A stretch of 64,000 nucleotides of DNA from Candidatus Heimdallarchaeota archaeon (GCA_019058275.1 JAHLVW010000066.1:192001-256000); one strand, 5' to 3'. Shown: positions 10,087-20,996, numbered from the stretch's first letter. Notes: generated by a model not told the origin, from the sequence alone. Program-made: numbers and translations.

Positions 10087-11157
10087 ATGAAAATTGTTTT
10101 CCTATATCCAATAACTCAAGATGCATTAGATTATTTGAAAGAAGAACTACCAGAAGATATTACAGTTATTGCTCGAATTAGAGGAGAGACTGGTCATAGA
10201 CCTCTAAATGAAGATCCTGAAATAATAAAGGAAACAAAAGATGCAGATATTTTAATGGGTCCATATGTTACAGAAGAAATTTTATCACAAGCAGTTCCAG
10301 AAGCAGGGGGAAAACTAAAATTAATTTTTATTCCCTGGACTGGAGTGGATAGGCTAAATTTTGATTTGCTAAAGAAATACTCAGTTCCGATTGCAAACAG
10401 TCATGGCAATGCAAGAACAGTAGCTGAACATACAATAGCCCTTTTATTAACAGCTGCAAGGAATATAATACATCATGATAGACTAATGAGAGATGGAGAT
10501 TGGAGCTCAAGATTTGTAAAAATGCCTGCAGTTAATATAACAGGTAAAACAGTTGGCTTACTTGGATATGGTAAAATTGCTACTGAAAGTGCTAAATTAC
10601 TCAAAGGATTTGACCTTAAATTCATAGGTTGTAGGAGAGATCCTAAAAAATCAACAGAAGAACAAAAGCAAATCGCTTCTAAAATATACTCTATAGATGA
10701 ATTGGAGCAGTTCTTGAAAGAATCTGATATTATCATTAATTCTCTTCCACTTACTAAAGATACCAAAGATATTTTGAGTACAAAAGAATTTGAACAGATG
10801 AAAGAAGGTGTAATTATTGTAAATGTAGGAAGAGGTCATACAATTGATGAAAAAGCATTTTATGACGCAGTTAAAAATGGTAAGGTTTTTGCAGCAGGAA
10901 TCGATCCACAGTGGGTTTATCCACAGAGAACTTCAGTTCCTAGACGCACAGATGGAGGTTCTGATTCAGTGGAAAAAACATTTCCATCAAATTATCCCAT
11001 TCATGAGTTTGATAATGTTGTTCTTAGCCCTCATCGTGCAGCTCACATAACCAAAGGATACGAACGTAGTCACTGGCATGATGTCATTGAGAATATACTA
11101 AGGATATACAATGGTAATAATCCTATTAATGTTATAGATAGTGAAAAAGGATATTGA
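10087..11157 (+). CDS. D-isomer-specific 2-hydroxyacid dehydrogenase
   Basis: VAEH, GLLGYGKIA Rossmann motif, LPLT, NVGRG, SPHRA. Confidence 0.92.
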   Translation: MKIVFLYPITQDALDYLKEELPEDITVIARIRGETGHRPLNEDPEIIKETKDADILMGPYVTEEILSQAVPEAGGKLKLIFIPWTGVDRLNFDLLKKYSVPIANSHGNARTVAEHTIALLLTAARNIIHHDRLMRDGDWSSRFVKMPAVNITGKTVGLLGYGKIATESAKLLKGFDLKFIGCRRDPKKSTEEQKQIASKIYSIDELEQFLKESDIIINSLPLTKDTKDILSTKEFEQMKEGVIIVNVGRGHTIDEKAFYDAVKNGKVFAAGIDPQWVYPQRTSVPRRTDGGSDSVEKTFPSNYPIHEFDNVVLSPHRAAHITKGYERSHWHDVIENILRIYNGNNPINVIDSEKGY

Positions 11158-11168
11158 AAAAGTAAAAA

Positions 11169-14100
11169 TTAAGCAGGTACTTTAGTTTGTCCTGCTTTTC
11201 CTACCCATTCTTTGAGAATGTATTTACCAATTAGAAACTTAGCTAGTTCCATTATACAAGCTGCTATGATACATATGCCTAGTAGTAATCCCCAAGCTGG
11301 TCCTGTCAATGGCATTGAGTCAAAAATGGTATTATTCACACCATTGAATGTATTCATTGGAACATATATGGCAATCATTTGCAGTCCCATTGCAAGTCCA
11401 ATAGAACCCCAAATCCATTTGTTGTTGAATGGACTCATTGTAAAAGTAGAACTTTCAAAACCAGTTCTTGTGATAAACACATTAAACATTTCAAAAACAA
11501 TTGCTGTTGTAAAGTTGAGAGTTCTCGCATGAGAATACCATTGTTCTGAATTAAGTTCTGTTAAACTTTCAGCACCAGTAAATGTTAATGCAAATGATTT
11601 TATCCATTCTGGAGTTTCTGCTAAGGCTGCATTAATTGCACCTAAATTATCTGTAATAATTACTCCACTAGCATCTATAATTTCACCAACTGTATGTGCT
11701 TCAGCTACATAAGCTATAGGTACAAATACAATCATACCAGCTACAAAAGCTAAAAATCCTGCGATAATTGAAAAGATGTAAATATCTTTCATAAAACTTT
11801 CATCTTTTTTCCTCGGTGGCTCTCTCATAATACCAGCAAAAGGAGGATCAACACTTAATGCAATTGCTGGTAAACCATCTGTAACTAAATTAATCCAAAG
11901 AATCTGAATTGCAGTGAAAGGAGTCCTTAATCCAAGAAAGACCACACTAACAAAGACAACTAATATTTCATCAAAGTTTGAAGCAATTAAGTAACGAATG
12001 AATTTCAACATATTTTGAAAGATGGTTCTGCCTCGTTCAACAGCATCAACAATAGTTGCGAAATTATCATCAGCTAAAACCATTTGAGCTGCTTCTCGAG
12101 TTACATCTGTTCCTTGAATCCCCATTGCAATACCTATATCTGCTTTCTTAATAGCTGGAGCATCATTTACACCATCACCGGTTGTAGCCACTGTATGCCC
12201 TTTCTCTTGAAATGCACTTACAATTCGGTGCTTATGTTCAGGACTTACTCGAGCGAAAATCTTGACATCTTCGATTATATTCATTAATTCTTCATCAGAC
12301 ATCTCTTCTAATTCAGTACCAGTAATAGTTTGCCAATTTTCACCAGTAACTAAACCGATATCTTTAGCAATAGCTTCTGCAGTAATCTTTTGGTCTCCAG
12401 TAACCATAATTGCATCAATACCTGCTGCTCTGCATTTTTGAAGAGCATCTTTAACTTCTGGTCTAGCTGGATCTATCATACCTACAAGTCCAAGGAAAAT
12501 TAAATCTGTTTCAATATTATCTTCCAATTCTGACAAGAAATTATTTTCATCAACTTGTATCAAGCGCTCTTCTATAAGCCTATATGCAATAGCTAAAACT
12601 CTTAATGCTCTAGAAGCCATTTCATCATTTAATTCAAGAATGGATCTTTTTAATCCATTATTAATGGGTGAAACCTTGCCATCAATTGATACAAAACTGC
12701 AACGTTCTAGAAGCACGGGAGGTGAACCTTTAGAGTAAGCAACGAGATCCTCCTCAAATTCCTTTTTAGTCAATTGTCTGTTTATTGTGGTCATTCTCTT
12801 TCTTTGAGAATCAAAGAAGATTTCAGTTTCTCTAGGATAATCATCTTCATCATATAGTCCAGCTTTGCGTGCTAAAACAATTAATGATACCTCTGTTGGA
12901 TCACCAATTGTTTCAACAAATTCTGTATCCTTATCATAGTTTATCTTTGCATTATTACAAAGTAGTGATGTTCTTAATAGTTTCATGAGATCAAGATTGT
13001 CTGATGGATTAATCTTTTTCTCATCCTCAAAGAAATCACCTATTGGTTTAAATCCTTCTCCAGAGATTTTTATAGTATGATTAAGCGTCTTAACCTCTGT
13101 TATGGTCATCTCATTTTTAGTTAAGGTTCCTGTCTTATCGCTACAAATAACATCAACAATTCCCAAAGTTTCAACAGCTGGTAATCTAGAAACTATGGCA
13201 TTTTGCTTTGCCATCATTCTTACTCCTATAGCATAAGTCAAAGTAATAGCTGCTGGAAGTCCTTCTGGAACTGCGGAAACTGCTAAGGCTAATGCTGTTT
13301 CTAATGCTTCGACCCATCCTTCAAGGTTACCAAACTCTATATAATGTTTAATAATAACAGTCGAAAATACAATGGCACATATGATAACTATCGTTAATCC
13401 AAGTATTTTGCCTAATTTATCCAAGTTCTTTTGAAGTGGTGTTGGTTCTTCTTCCTCTTTTTGCATTAATGCTGCAATTTTACCCATTTCAGTTTCCATA
13501 CCAACATCTACAACAACAGCTTTAGATCGACCATAAGTTACTGTAGTTCCCATGAATAACATATTTCTTCTATCACCAACTACAGCATTTGGTTCAATAA
13601 TTTGCTTAGAGTCTTTACTTAAACTGATAGATTCACCAGTCAAGGCACTTTCATCCACTTTGAGACTAGTTGATTCAACTAAGCGCATATCTGCAGGAAC
13701 TTTCTCACCAGCTTCGATTAATACAATATCTCCAACAGTCAGATATTTTGAATCTACAATATGCTCCTCATCTTCACGAAGAACTCGAACCTCTTTGCTA
13801 ACCATTTTCTTGAGTTCTTCCAGTGATCTTTCAGCTTGATATTCTTGTATGAATCCTATAACACCATTGATGATAACAATTGCAAAAATAACAATAGCAT
13901 CAATATAATCTTCAAAAATGATAGATATAATAGCTGCAATAAATAACAAACCAATTAAAATATCAAAGAACTGCCTAAAAAACAATACTAATGGATGAGT
14001 TCTGCCTTTTTCAACCAAAATGTTTAGTCCATATTTATCTAAACGGTATTCTACTTCTTCATTTGTTAATCCACGAAGTGGATTAGAATCAACTTCTTCC

Positions 14101-14195
14101 AATACTTCTCCAGTATCCATAGCATGATAGGTTTTATCTGGACCAGCTTCATCTAAACTTGCTTCGATATCTTTCTTTTTCATTCGTTTAGGCAT
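11169..14195 (-). CDS. P-type IIA (SERCA-like) cation/Ca2+-transporting ATPase
   Basis: LTGES, VPEGLP, DKTGTLT, GDPTE, TGDGVNDAPA, ASNFDE, WINLVTDGLPA, FEMFN. Confidence 0.93.
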   Translation of the reverse strand: MPKRMKKKDIEASLDEAGPDKTYHAMDTGEVLEEVDSNPLRGLTNEEVEYRLDKYGLNILVEKGRTHPLVLFFRQFFDILIGLLFIAAIISIIFEDYIDAIVIFAIVIINGVIGFIQEYQAERSLEELKKMVSKEVRVLREDEEHIVDSKYLTVGDIVLIEAGEKVPADMRLVESTSLKVDESALTGESISLSKDSKQIIEPNAVVGDRRNMLFMGTTVTYGRSKAVVVDVGMETEMGKIAALMQKEEEEPTPLQKNLDKLGKILGLTIVIICAIVFSTVIIKHYIEFGNLEGWVEALETALALAVSAVPEGLPAAITLTYAIGVRMMAKQNAIVSRLPAVETLGIVDVICSDKTGTLTKNEMTITEVKTLNHTIKISGEGFKPIGDFFEDEKKINPSDNLDLMKLLRTSLLCNNAKINYDKDTEFVETIGDPTEVSLIVLARKAGLYDEDDYPRETEIFFDSQRKRMTTINRQLTKKEFEEDLVAYSKGSPPVLLERCSFVSIDGKVSPINNGLKRSILELNDEMASRALRVLAIAYRLIEERLIQVDENNFLSELEDNIETDLIFLGLVGMIDPARPEVKDALQKCRAAGIDAIMVTGDQKITAEAIAKDIGLVTGENWQTITGTELEEMSDEELMNIIEDVKIFARVSPEHKHRIVSAFQEKGHTVATTGDGVNDAPAIKKADIGIAMGIQGTDVTREAAQMVLADDNFATIVDAVERGRTIFQNMLKFIRYLIASNFDEILVVFVSVVFLGLRTPFTAIQILWINLVTDGLPAIALSVDPPFAGIMREPPRKKDESFMKDIYIFSIIAGFLAFVAGMIVFVPIAYVAEAHTVGEIIDASGVIITDNLGAINAALAETPEWIKSFALTFTGAESLTELNSEQWYSHARTLNFTTAIVFEMFNVFITRTGFESSTFTMSPFNNKWIWGSIGLAMGLQMIAIYVPMNTFNGVNNTIFDSMPLTGPAWGLLLGICIIAACIMELAKFLIGKYILKEWVGKAGQTKVPA

Positions 14196-14294
14196 TTAAG
14201 TTTCCGCCATTTTGAATTTCAATTAAGAACAGTGAAACATCTATTTATATTAAATATATAAATTCGACCGATAATCTCACATTATGATATTGAT

Positions 14295-14990
14295 TTAAAT
14301 TTTCCTATGAATTGAAGCAATTATTTCCTTGTCATAATTCAATCCTGAAATAATAGCACTTTTTCTAGCAACTTCAAATGAGCTAGCACTCACAATTAGT
14401 ATTTGATTCAAAGGGTCAAGAAACTTTTTCGCTTTATTTTCAAAATAAGTTTGTAAATCTGGATAGTAGTTTTTTAAGTCAATATCTTCTTCAGGGAAAA
14501 CTAGTTGTTTCTGGTCGTTAATAAAAAGAAACAATATAGCTTCCCCCCCGTAAGAGACAACTATATCTCTCAGTTTCCAAGAAGTGATTGTGTTTTTTTT
14601 ATCAGTAGACTTTTCAGTTTTCTTATTTGATATTATTGTATAGTAGTGATATTTATCTGGAAAAACTTCAAACTCATAAATATCGTGTTTGGGAAGTATT
14701 CTCACTATTTCTTGAATTAATTCCTCTCCTTTAGGTGCCAAAGAATGACCCGATCTACCAGATGAAGCTTCCAATAAATCTTTCTTTTTACAGTAATTCA
14801 AAAGGGATTTCGTACTGCTGTCAGATAAATTCAACTCATTTTGAAGTTTATAACGACCCATTGGATTTTGATAAATTAAAATAAGAGCAGTAATTAAATC
14901 ACTATCAGTAAATTCTGCTCTTGCTCCTCTTTCACCTGTTTTAATCCAATGGACTATTTCGGACAAATGTATAAAACCTCGATAATTCAC
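14295..14990 (-). CDS. Archaeal winged-helix protein (DUF2111/DUF4443-like putative regulator)
   Basis: PMGRYKLQNELNLSDSSTKSLL...GHSLAPKG wHTH; LRDIVVSYGG C-terminal motif. Confidence 0.7.
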   Translation of the reverse strand: MNYRGFIHLSEIVHWIKTGERGARAEFTDSDLITALILIYQNPMGRYKLQNELNLSDSSTKSLLNYCKKKDLLEASSGRSGHSLAPKGEELIQEIVRILPKHDIYEFEVFPDKYHYYTIISNKKTEKSTDKKNTITSWKLRDIVVSYGGEAILFLFINDQKQLVFPEEDIDLKNYYPDLQTYFENKAKKFLDPLNQILIVSASSFEVARKSAIISGLNYDKEIIASIHRKI

Positions 14991-14993
14991 TTT

Positions 14994-15665
14994 TTAGTCT
15001 TTTTTCTCTCGATTAGCTTTGGTTAATTCTGCCCAACAAATTAATGTTTTAACCAATTGATCTCCTTTAGATTTTCTCAAAGGATAAGCTCTTATCCAGT
15101 GCTCCTTCTCATCGCTTACTATCTGGATAACTTCAACACCATATCTAAGAAAACCTTTTATTTTAATTAAATAGCAATAGTTCCCTTGCATGGCATTTAC
15201 GCAATCAATACTAACATTAGGAATTTCCTTCCACCTAAAGATGCTTCGCCACTTAATAGCAATAGTAGTTACATCTATCTTATAAGAGCAAGCAAAAATT
15301 ACTCTAAGAATTGCATATAGAAAAGCAAAACCTGCTAATACAATTAGGATTAAAGCTGATAAATCATTAGGAAGATAAATTATACCGGGAACTAGACAAG
15401 CTGCTCCTAATGCTAATAAAGGAAGAAATTGAGCGAGGATATAGATAAGAACATCTTTGAAATCCATAGAAAAAGATAATCCCCTTTTTATTTGTTTGAG
15501 GAATTCTTCTTTTTCTGAATCTTCAATGAAATATTTACTAGCTTTCTTCTCTTCCATTTTTATTCTTTTTTCTTCAACATCACTAATGCCTTCTCCACCT
15601 AATAAAGAATCTCGAATTGGTCTCTTCTTTCTTGAGTCACTATTATTTTCAGCAGATTCATTCAT
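14994..15665 (-). CDS. Hypothetical 2-TM membrane protein with PH-like C-terminal domain
   Basis: Charged N-terminus, two TM helices, beta-rich C-terminus (YKIDVT..AIKWRSIFRWKEIP). Lies 3 nt from the next gene. Confidence 0.55.
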   Translation of the reverse strand: MNESAENNSDSRKKRPIRDSLLGGEGISDVEEKRIKMEEKKASKYFIEDSEKEEFLKQIKRGLSFSMDFKDVLIYILAQFLPLLALGAACLVPGIIYLPNDLSALILIVLAGFAFLYAILRVIFACSYKIDVTTIAIKWRSIFRWKEIPNVSIDCVNAMQGNYCYLIKIKGFLRYGVEVIQIVSDEKEHWIRAYPLRKSKGDQLVKTLICWAELTKANREKKD

Positions 15666-15916
15666 CTGGTTTTCCCCATATTACAGACACTTTGCTAATT
15701 CATTCTATGCTAATAAATTCTTCTTAAGAACTTTTAGAAATTTCCTCTAAGTATTTTACTAGATTTAGCAATGTTCATTGGAAAATTATAGTTTGGTTAG
15801 CTGAAATTTTAATAGTACATTTTATAATTACGAGAGGTATTTTTTACACTAAAGATAACTTAATAAAATCTACAGTAAACGGTTTGACTTGATTTATCTC
15901 TAAAGGTAGAAAAACA

Positions 15917-16174
15917 ATGGAAGTACATCAACATCCTAAGAAAAAATATTACATTATTACTGATGAAAGCAGATGCAAAGGATGCGGTTTGTGCATTGAA
16001 TTCTGTCCCAAAGATTGTCTTGGTTATTCTGATGAGATTAATGAAAAAGGTTGGCGGGTGTCAAAAATACACCGAATGAAGGATTGCATAAAATGTTACA
16101 TGTGTGAGAGAATGTGTCCTGATTTTGCTATCTTTATCGATGAAAATACGAAAGAAGAAGGAGCAAAAGCTTAA
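15917..16174 (+). CDS. korD: 2-oxoacid:ferredoxin oxidoreductase delta subunit (2x[4Fe-4S] ferredoxin)
   Basis: CKGCGLCIEFCP and CIKCYMCERMCPDFAI; first gene of the operon. Confidence 0.88.
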   Translation: MEVHQHPKKKYYIITDESRCKGCGLCIEFCPKDCLGYSDEINEKGWRVSKIHRMKDCIKCYMCERMCPDFAIFIDENTKEEGAKA

Positions 16175-16191
16175 TCGCAGGAGTAGAGAAC

Positions 16192-17361
16192 ATGGCAGTG
16201 GAAAGACAACCCAAAGTATTAACAGGGACATACTTCAAAAATGGAAATTGGGCTTTGGTTGAAGGAGCTATTGCAAGTGGTATAGCAGAATTTTTTGCTT
16301 ATCCAATTTCCCCTGCTTCGGAAATTGTTGAATATGTTAGTTATAGGTTGCCAGCTGTTGGAGGTAAAGCTGCTTTTATCGTTGAAGATGAAATTGCTTC
16401 AATCAATATGTGTATTGGAGCATCCTGGGCTGGATCAAAAGTACTTACTGCAACATCAGGACCTGGTTTTTCTCTAAAACAAGAAGGTTTAGGATTAGCA
16501 TACATGACTGAAACACCTCTAGTATGTTTGAATGTTCAACGAGGTGGACCATCTACAGGATTACCAACTTTTTCAGCACAAGGAGATTATATGCAAGTTC
16601 AATTTGGTTCTCATGGAGATTACCCAGCAATTGCGTTAACACCTTGGTCTGTACAAGAATGTTTTGATCTAACAATTGAAGCGTTTAATATTTCAGAAAG
16701 ATTAAGAACACCAGTAATTTTACTTGCTGATGGTGAAGTAAGTCGAATGATGGAACAAGTAACCATACCAAAAGAAGAGGAAATTCAAGTCATAAATAGA
16801 AAAGGTCCTAAACAAGGAATTGATAAGACAAAATTCAAGCAATTTGATGCTTCTGATCAAGAGGACCTAGTACCACCAATGGCACATTTTGGTGAAGGGT
16901 ATAAAATATTTGGAACAGGTTTAACTCATACAGAGGAAGGAATACCAAAATTAGATGAAGATCTACATATTGAGTTAATAGATCGTCTCTATAAAAAAGC
17001 GGAAATCAACAGTCATCTCTATCCTAAAGCTCATACATACATGGTTGATGATGCTGAAATTGTCATTATATCAACTGGAATATCTGCAAGAGCTAGTTTA
17101 GAAGCAGTTCTTGAAGCTAGAGAGGTAGGAATAAAAGTTGGATTATTTAGACCAATAACAGTCTGGCCATTTCCAAGAGATGAATTTGAACCTCTAGCAA
17201 AGAAAGCCGATCTAATTGTTGTAGAAATGAGTATGGGACAACTCATTTGGCCAGTGGAGCGATATGCACGAAAAGAATGTACTCTCGTTAAACGCATTGG
17301 TGGTACACCACCTGATCCGAAGAACATTCTGAAAGCAATAAAGAAGTTAGCAAAGAAATGA
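16192..17361 (+). CDS. korA: 2-oxoacid (2-oxoglutarate-type):ferredoxin oxidoreductase alpha subunit
   Basis: YPISPASE, EDEIAS, TATSGPGFSLKQE, QRGGPSTGLPT. Confidence 0.92.
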   Translation: MAVERQPKVLTGTYFKNGNWALVEGAIASGIAEFFAYPISPASEIVEYVSYRLPAVGGKAAFIVEDEIASINMCIGASWAGSKVLTATSGPGFSLKQEGLGLAYMTETPLVCLNVQRGGPSTGLPTFSAQGDYMQVQFGSHGDYPAIALTPWSVQECFDLTIEAFNISERLRTPVILLADGEVSRMMEQVTIPKEEEIQVINRKGPKQGIDKTKFKQFDASDQEDLVPPMAHFGEGYKIFGTGLTHTEEGIPKLDEDLHIELIDRLYKKAEINSHLYPKAHTYMVDDAEIVIISTGISARASLEAVLEAREVGIKVGLFRPITVWPFPRDEFEPLAKKADLIVVEMSMGQLIWPVERYARKECTLVKRIGGTPPDPKNILKAIKKLAKK

Positions 17362-17370
17362 GGTTGAAAG

Positions 17371-18279
17371 ATGGCAGAACAAAGTAAGAAGATTGATAAA
17401 AGTACAATTATAGAAAAACCACCTAAAGAATTCCAACATCCACAAGAATCTTTATTGCGAAAAAAAGCGATACCAACGATTTACTGTCCTGGTTGTGGTA
17501 TTGGGACTACAATAAATGCATTCTTAGAAGCAATTTCTAAATACTGTCAAATCCCACATGATCAACTATTTGTTGTTAGTGGAATAGGTTGTACTGGAAG
17601 AGCAAGTGGATATGTAAATCTCGATGGATTTCATGCAATACATGGAAGAGCAATTCCATTTGCATCTGGTGTGGAAATTGCAAAACCTCCAATGAAACCA
17701 GTTATTATCTCAGGAGATGGAGATTTATTTTCAATAGGTCTCGGACATCTTGCACATGCTGCAAGAAGAAATATCGATATGACTGTTATCTGTGTAAATA
17801 ACGCAATTTATGGTTTAACAGGTGGACAAGATGCACCTACAACTCCTGTTGGTGCTAAATCAAGAACAACTCCTTATGGTAAAATCTCATTTCCATTCAA
17901 TTTATCACATATTGCAATAGCAAACGGTGCGACCTTTTGCGCACGATATACAGTTTACGAATACATTCAATTATCAAAAGCAATTGCACGTGGAATGAAT
18001 CATCAAGGCTTCTCATTTATTGAAGTTATTTCAAATTGTCATGTTAATTTTGGCAGAAGAAATAATTTGGGAGATGCTGTTGCTATGCGTCAAATGTTCA
18101 AGAAAGCACGAAAAAGAATGAATGAGGAAGATATTGGTCTAGACTATCACAAAACTGATATAATTTTTGAAGCTGGTAAAGGATTTACAAGAATCCCTAC
18201 TGGTATCTTTCTTGAAGAACGAGATGAACCTGAAGAATTTTCGGAGAGGATAATTGATGCCTATGAATTCAAAAAATGA
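17371..18279 (+). CDS. korB: 2-oxoacid:ferredoxin oxidoreductase beta subunit (TPP-binding)
   Basis: YCPGCG, SGIGC, HGRA, GDGD...NNAIYGLTGGQ. Confidence 0.92.
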   Translation: MAEQSKKIDKSTIIEKPPKEFQHPQESLLRKKAIPTIYCPGCGIGTTINAFLEAISKYCQIPHDQLFVVSGIGCTGRASGYVNLDGFHAIHGRAIPFASGVEIAKPPMKPVIISGDGDLFSIGLGHLAHAARRNIDMTVICVNNAIYGLTGGQDAPTTPVGAKSRTTPYGKISFPFNLSHIAIANGATFCARYTVYEYIQLSKAIARGMNHQGFSFIEVISNCHVNFGRRNNLGDAVAMRQMFKKARKRMNEEDIGLDYHKTDIIFEAGKGFTRIPTGIFLEERDEPEEFSERIIDAYEFKK

Positions 18280-18859
18280 AAATTGTGATATTAATATTAT
18301 GATCCGAGGTATAGGTGGTCAAGGTGTTAAGCTAGCCGGTACAATAATTGGTCAAGCAGCTATAAACGATGGACATCATGCAATTCAAAGCATGAAATAT
18401 GGAAGTGCTATTACTGGAGGAGAAACTAGGAGCGAAATAAAAGTCTCGACTGAGAAAATCATTTACCCTCGAGTTACAGATATTGATGTTTATGTAGCAC
18501 TTACTTTAGATGATCTCGAGAACTATTTTGAATCAATAATTTACATTACCGTTCTTGAGGTTGCAAAAAGAATTCCCAAGGAAATCAAAAACAAAGTAAT
18601 ACTTGCTCCCATATTAGGGATTGCAGAGAAAATTGGTAGTAGTAAAGTTGTAAATATGGTTCTTCTTGGAATTTTAAACCAACTCTTCAATCTTGCCTCT
18701 ACTGACTCGTTTATCGAAGCAATAAAAGAGCTAACTGCTAAAAGCTTCCATAAATCAAATATTGAAGCATTTAAACAAGGTAGCAAGTTAGATTTAACAA
18801 AATACAATGATAAAACAACATTAGAACAAGCAGAAATTTGCAGAATAAAAATCCGTTAA
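18254..18859 (+). CDS. korC: 2-oxoacid:ferredoxin oxidoreductase gamma subunit
   Basis: GIGGQGV, YGSAITGG..RSE, NMVLLG, NIEAFKQG; overlaps the end of korB. Confidence 0.88.
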   Translation: MMPMNSKNENCDINIMIRGIGGQGVKLAGTIIGQAAINDGHHAIQSMKYGSAITGGETRSEIKVSTEKIIYPRVTDIDVYVALTLDDLENYFESIIYITVLEVAKRIPKEIKNKVILAPILGIAEKIGSSKVVNMVLLGILNQLFNLASTDSFIEAIKELTAKSFHKSNIEAFKQGSKLDLTKYNDKTTLEQAEICRIKIR

Positions 18860-18885
18860 ATAGTGGAGAGAAAAAACCAGGTTTT

Positions 18886-19692
18886 TTAATCTCTACCAAG
18901 TGTTCTTGTTTTTGCTCTTAACTGCACACCTTCATGATTAGGATAAAATTTAGCCATTCGTTCCAATTCATCCTCAAGTTCTGCAACAATATCAATGTGA
19001 TTTTTGTCTTTAGCAAAAGCATTCATTGCGGTAACTATACCATTAGCTCTTTGTAGGATGAAATCTTCATCCTCAGGATAATCATCAGTAAGAGCAATTA
19101 GTTCATCCAGTAAAGGAATAGCTCTCTTGTACTCTTGGTTTTTGCTTAAATAACCAATAGCATTGACTAATCCTTTTGCTAATGCTAATTGTATTTCATG
19201 ATTTTCTTTATGGGCATTGGATAAAATAAGTAATTCTTTGATTAATTGCTTGACTGGTTCCATCATTGTTCGCTGACCAAAATTAATAATAGAGTTTACT
19301 AGTCCCCCTGCTAGGGATCTTTGACAAGACATGTTCATAGGATAAGTTCTAGCAAACATACGAAGTTCTTCTAAACGCTCATACATCGATTCAAATTTTT
19401 GCTTTTTCATAAGATAAGACATAGAATTAGCAAGTGCAGTAGAAAATTGATTTTGGATTTCATCTATATTACCAAATTCCTCAACTAAATTTCTAAATCT
19501 TATTAGAACAAGATCAATCCCTTCTGGATCACCTGACATGCCAAAAATGGTTATGGTATTTACTAAACCTTTAGCATAACGTAGAAGATTCATTAGGTCT
19601 TCGCCATCTTCAAAAGCCTTATCTCGCATACCATCTAATTGACCTAATGTTCTATCATAAAATTCTTGCTTTCTTTTTTCTTCGCCTGTCAT
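18886..19692 (-). CDS. Alpha-helical repeat (TPR/HEAT-like) protein
   Basis: Five ~42-aa repeats (YAKGLVNTI, FSTALANSM, LAGGLVNSI, LAKGLVNAI, RANGIVTAM). ATG 19692 follows GGAG; the track start is 19722. Confidence 0.6.
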   Translation of the reverse strand: MTGEEKRKQEFYDRTLGQLDGMRDKAFEDGEDLMNLLRYAKGLVNTITIFGMSGDPEGIDLVLIRFRNLVEEFGNIDEIQNQFSTALANSMSYLMKKQKFESMYERLEELRMFARTYPMNMSCQRSLAGGLVNSIINFGQRTMMEPVKQLIKELLILSNAHKENHEIQLALAKGLVNAIGYLSKNQEYKRAIPLLDELIALTDDYPEDEDFILQRANGIVTAMNAFAKDKNHIDIVAELEDELERMAKFYPNHEGVQLRAKTRTLGRD

Positions 19693-19871
19693 GCATCTAT
19701 CTCCTACTTTCGTTGTTGCCAAACCACTTAAGCTTCTGCATGAGTCCTATTCACAATATTAATCTTCCAAATATGACCTTTATTCTTTTTAAATTTGACT
19801 CATAGCTTTGTTTTTTTCTTAAATTGATAATCAACAATTGAAATTTAAAGTATTTTGGGGGCAGACAAGTT

Positions 19872-20996
19872 TTAACCTAATTCTTGCATTATTTCTTCTA
19901 ATGATTGCAAGAAAACATCGTTATTTTCTTTAGTTGTAATTGATACTCTTAAGCAATTCTCGCATAATGGCATAGCACTCATATTTCTTACAAGAACACC
20001 TTTTTCTTTCAAAAGTGTTTTCTGAACATCTGCTGCATTGTAATTATCTATCTTGAACATTATAAAATTTGTAAATGATTTGTATGGTGATATGCCATTC
20101 AATTTTGTTAGTTTATCATATATTGCATCTCGTTCTGAAATAATATTTTCTACAATATTTTTTAGAGCTATTTTTTCTTGAATTACTAATTTAGCTAATT
20201 CAAGTGAAGCAATGTTGACATTAAATGCTGGAAGAAGCTCCTTAAGCCTAGCTATCAGAAACTCATCAGCTAATGCATACCCAAGTCTCATACCTGCCAT
20301 CCCATGGAATTTCGACATACTTTTCATAATTATTAGATTCGGGAATTGCTTCAAAGAATTGACAATAGAATAACCACCAAAATCTGTATATGTTTCATCA
20401 AGGGCCACAATACCTGGAAATTCAGCAATTATTTTGCTTATTTTGTCTTTTGTGAATTGATTACCTGTGGGATTGTTTGGAGAACATAAAAACAGTAACT
20501 TGTCTTTTTTTGGTTTAATATTTGATAGAATATAATCAGGATCTATATCATATTCAGGTGGAGGAGTTAGAAATAATTCAGTTACATCGCCACCCTGAAC
20601 TTTTACTGCGTGTTCGTACATGGGGTAGGTTGGATAAACTATTGCCGCAAAATAGCCTGCTTTAATGGTTAATCGGACCATTAAATCAATTATCTTATCT
20701 CCACCATTACCTGCTACAACTTGGTTTGGGTTAAGTTGATAATCATAAGATATTAAATCACACAATGAATCACAATAATCTTCAGGATAAACTCTAGGGT
20801 CGATTCTACCAGCAACTTGCTTTATTAGTTTTTTAATTAGATTCTCAGGAAAAGCTAGATTCTCATTTAATCCAACACGAACCATAACTTTATGCTCTAT
20901 TTTATCTGGCATGAATCCTCCTTTGCCTTTAAATGGATCATTAATCATATCAGATAGGTCAATTATTTTTTCTTTCAAAGTAATCCCACAAGTCAT
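19872..20996 (-). CDS. hisC: Histidinol-phosphate aminotransferase family (PLP class I/II)
   Basis: LNEN, RVYP, GNGGD, CSPNNPTG, DETY, SMSKFHGMAGMRLGY. Exact substrate uncertain because no his operon is present here. Confidence 0.8.
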   Translation of the reverse strand: MTCGITLKEKIIDLSDMINDPFKGKGGFMPDKIEHKVMVRVGLNENLAFPENLIKKLIKQVAGRIDPRVYPEDYCDSLCDLISYDYQLNPNQVVAGNGGDKIIDLMVRLTIKAGYFAAIVYPTYPMYEHAVKVQGGDVTELFLTPPPEYDIDPDYILSNIKPKKDKLLFLCSPNNPTGNQFTKDKISKIIAEFPGIVALDETYTDFGGYSIVNSLKQFPNLIIMKSMSKFHGMAGMRLGYALADEFLIARLKELLPAFNVNIASLELAKLVIQEKIALKNIVENIISERDAIYDKLTKLNGISPYKSFTNFIMFKIDNYNAADVQKTLLKEKGVLVRNMSAMPLCENCLRVSITTKENNDVFLQSLEEIMQELG

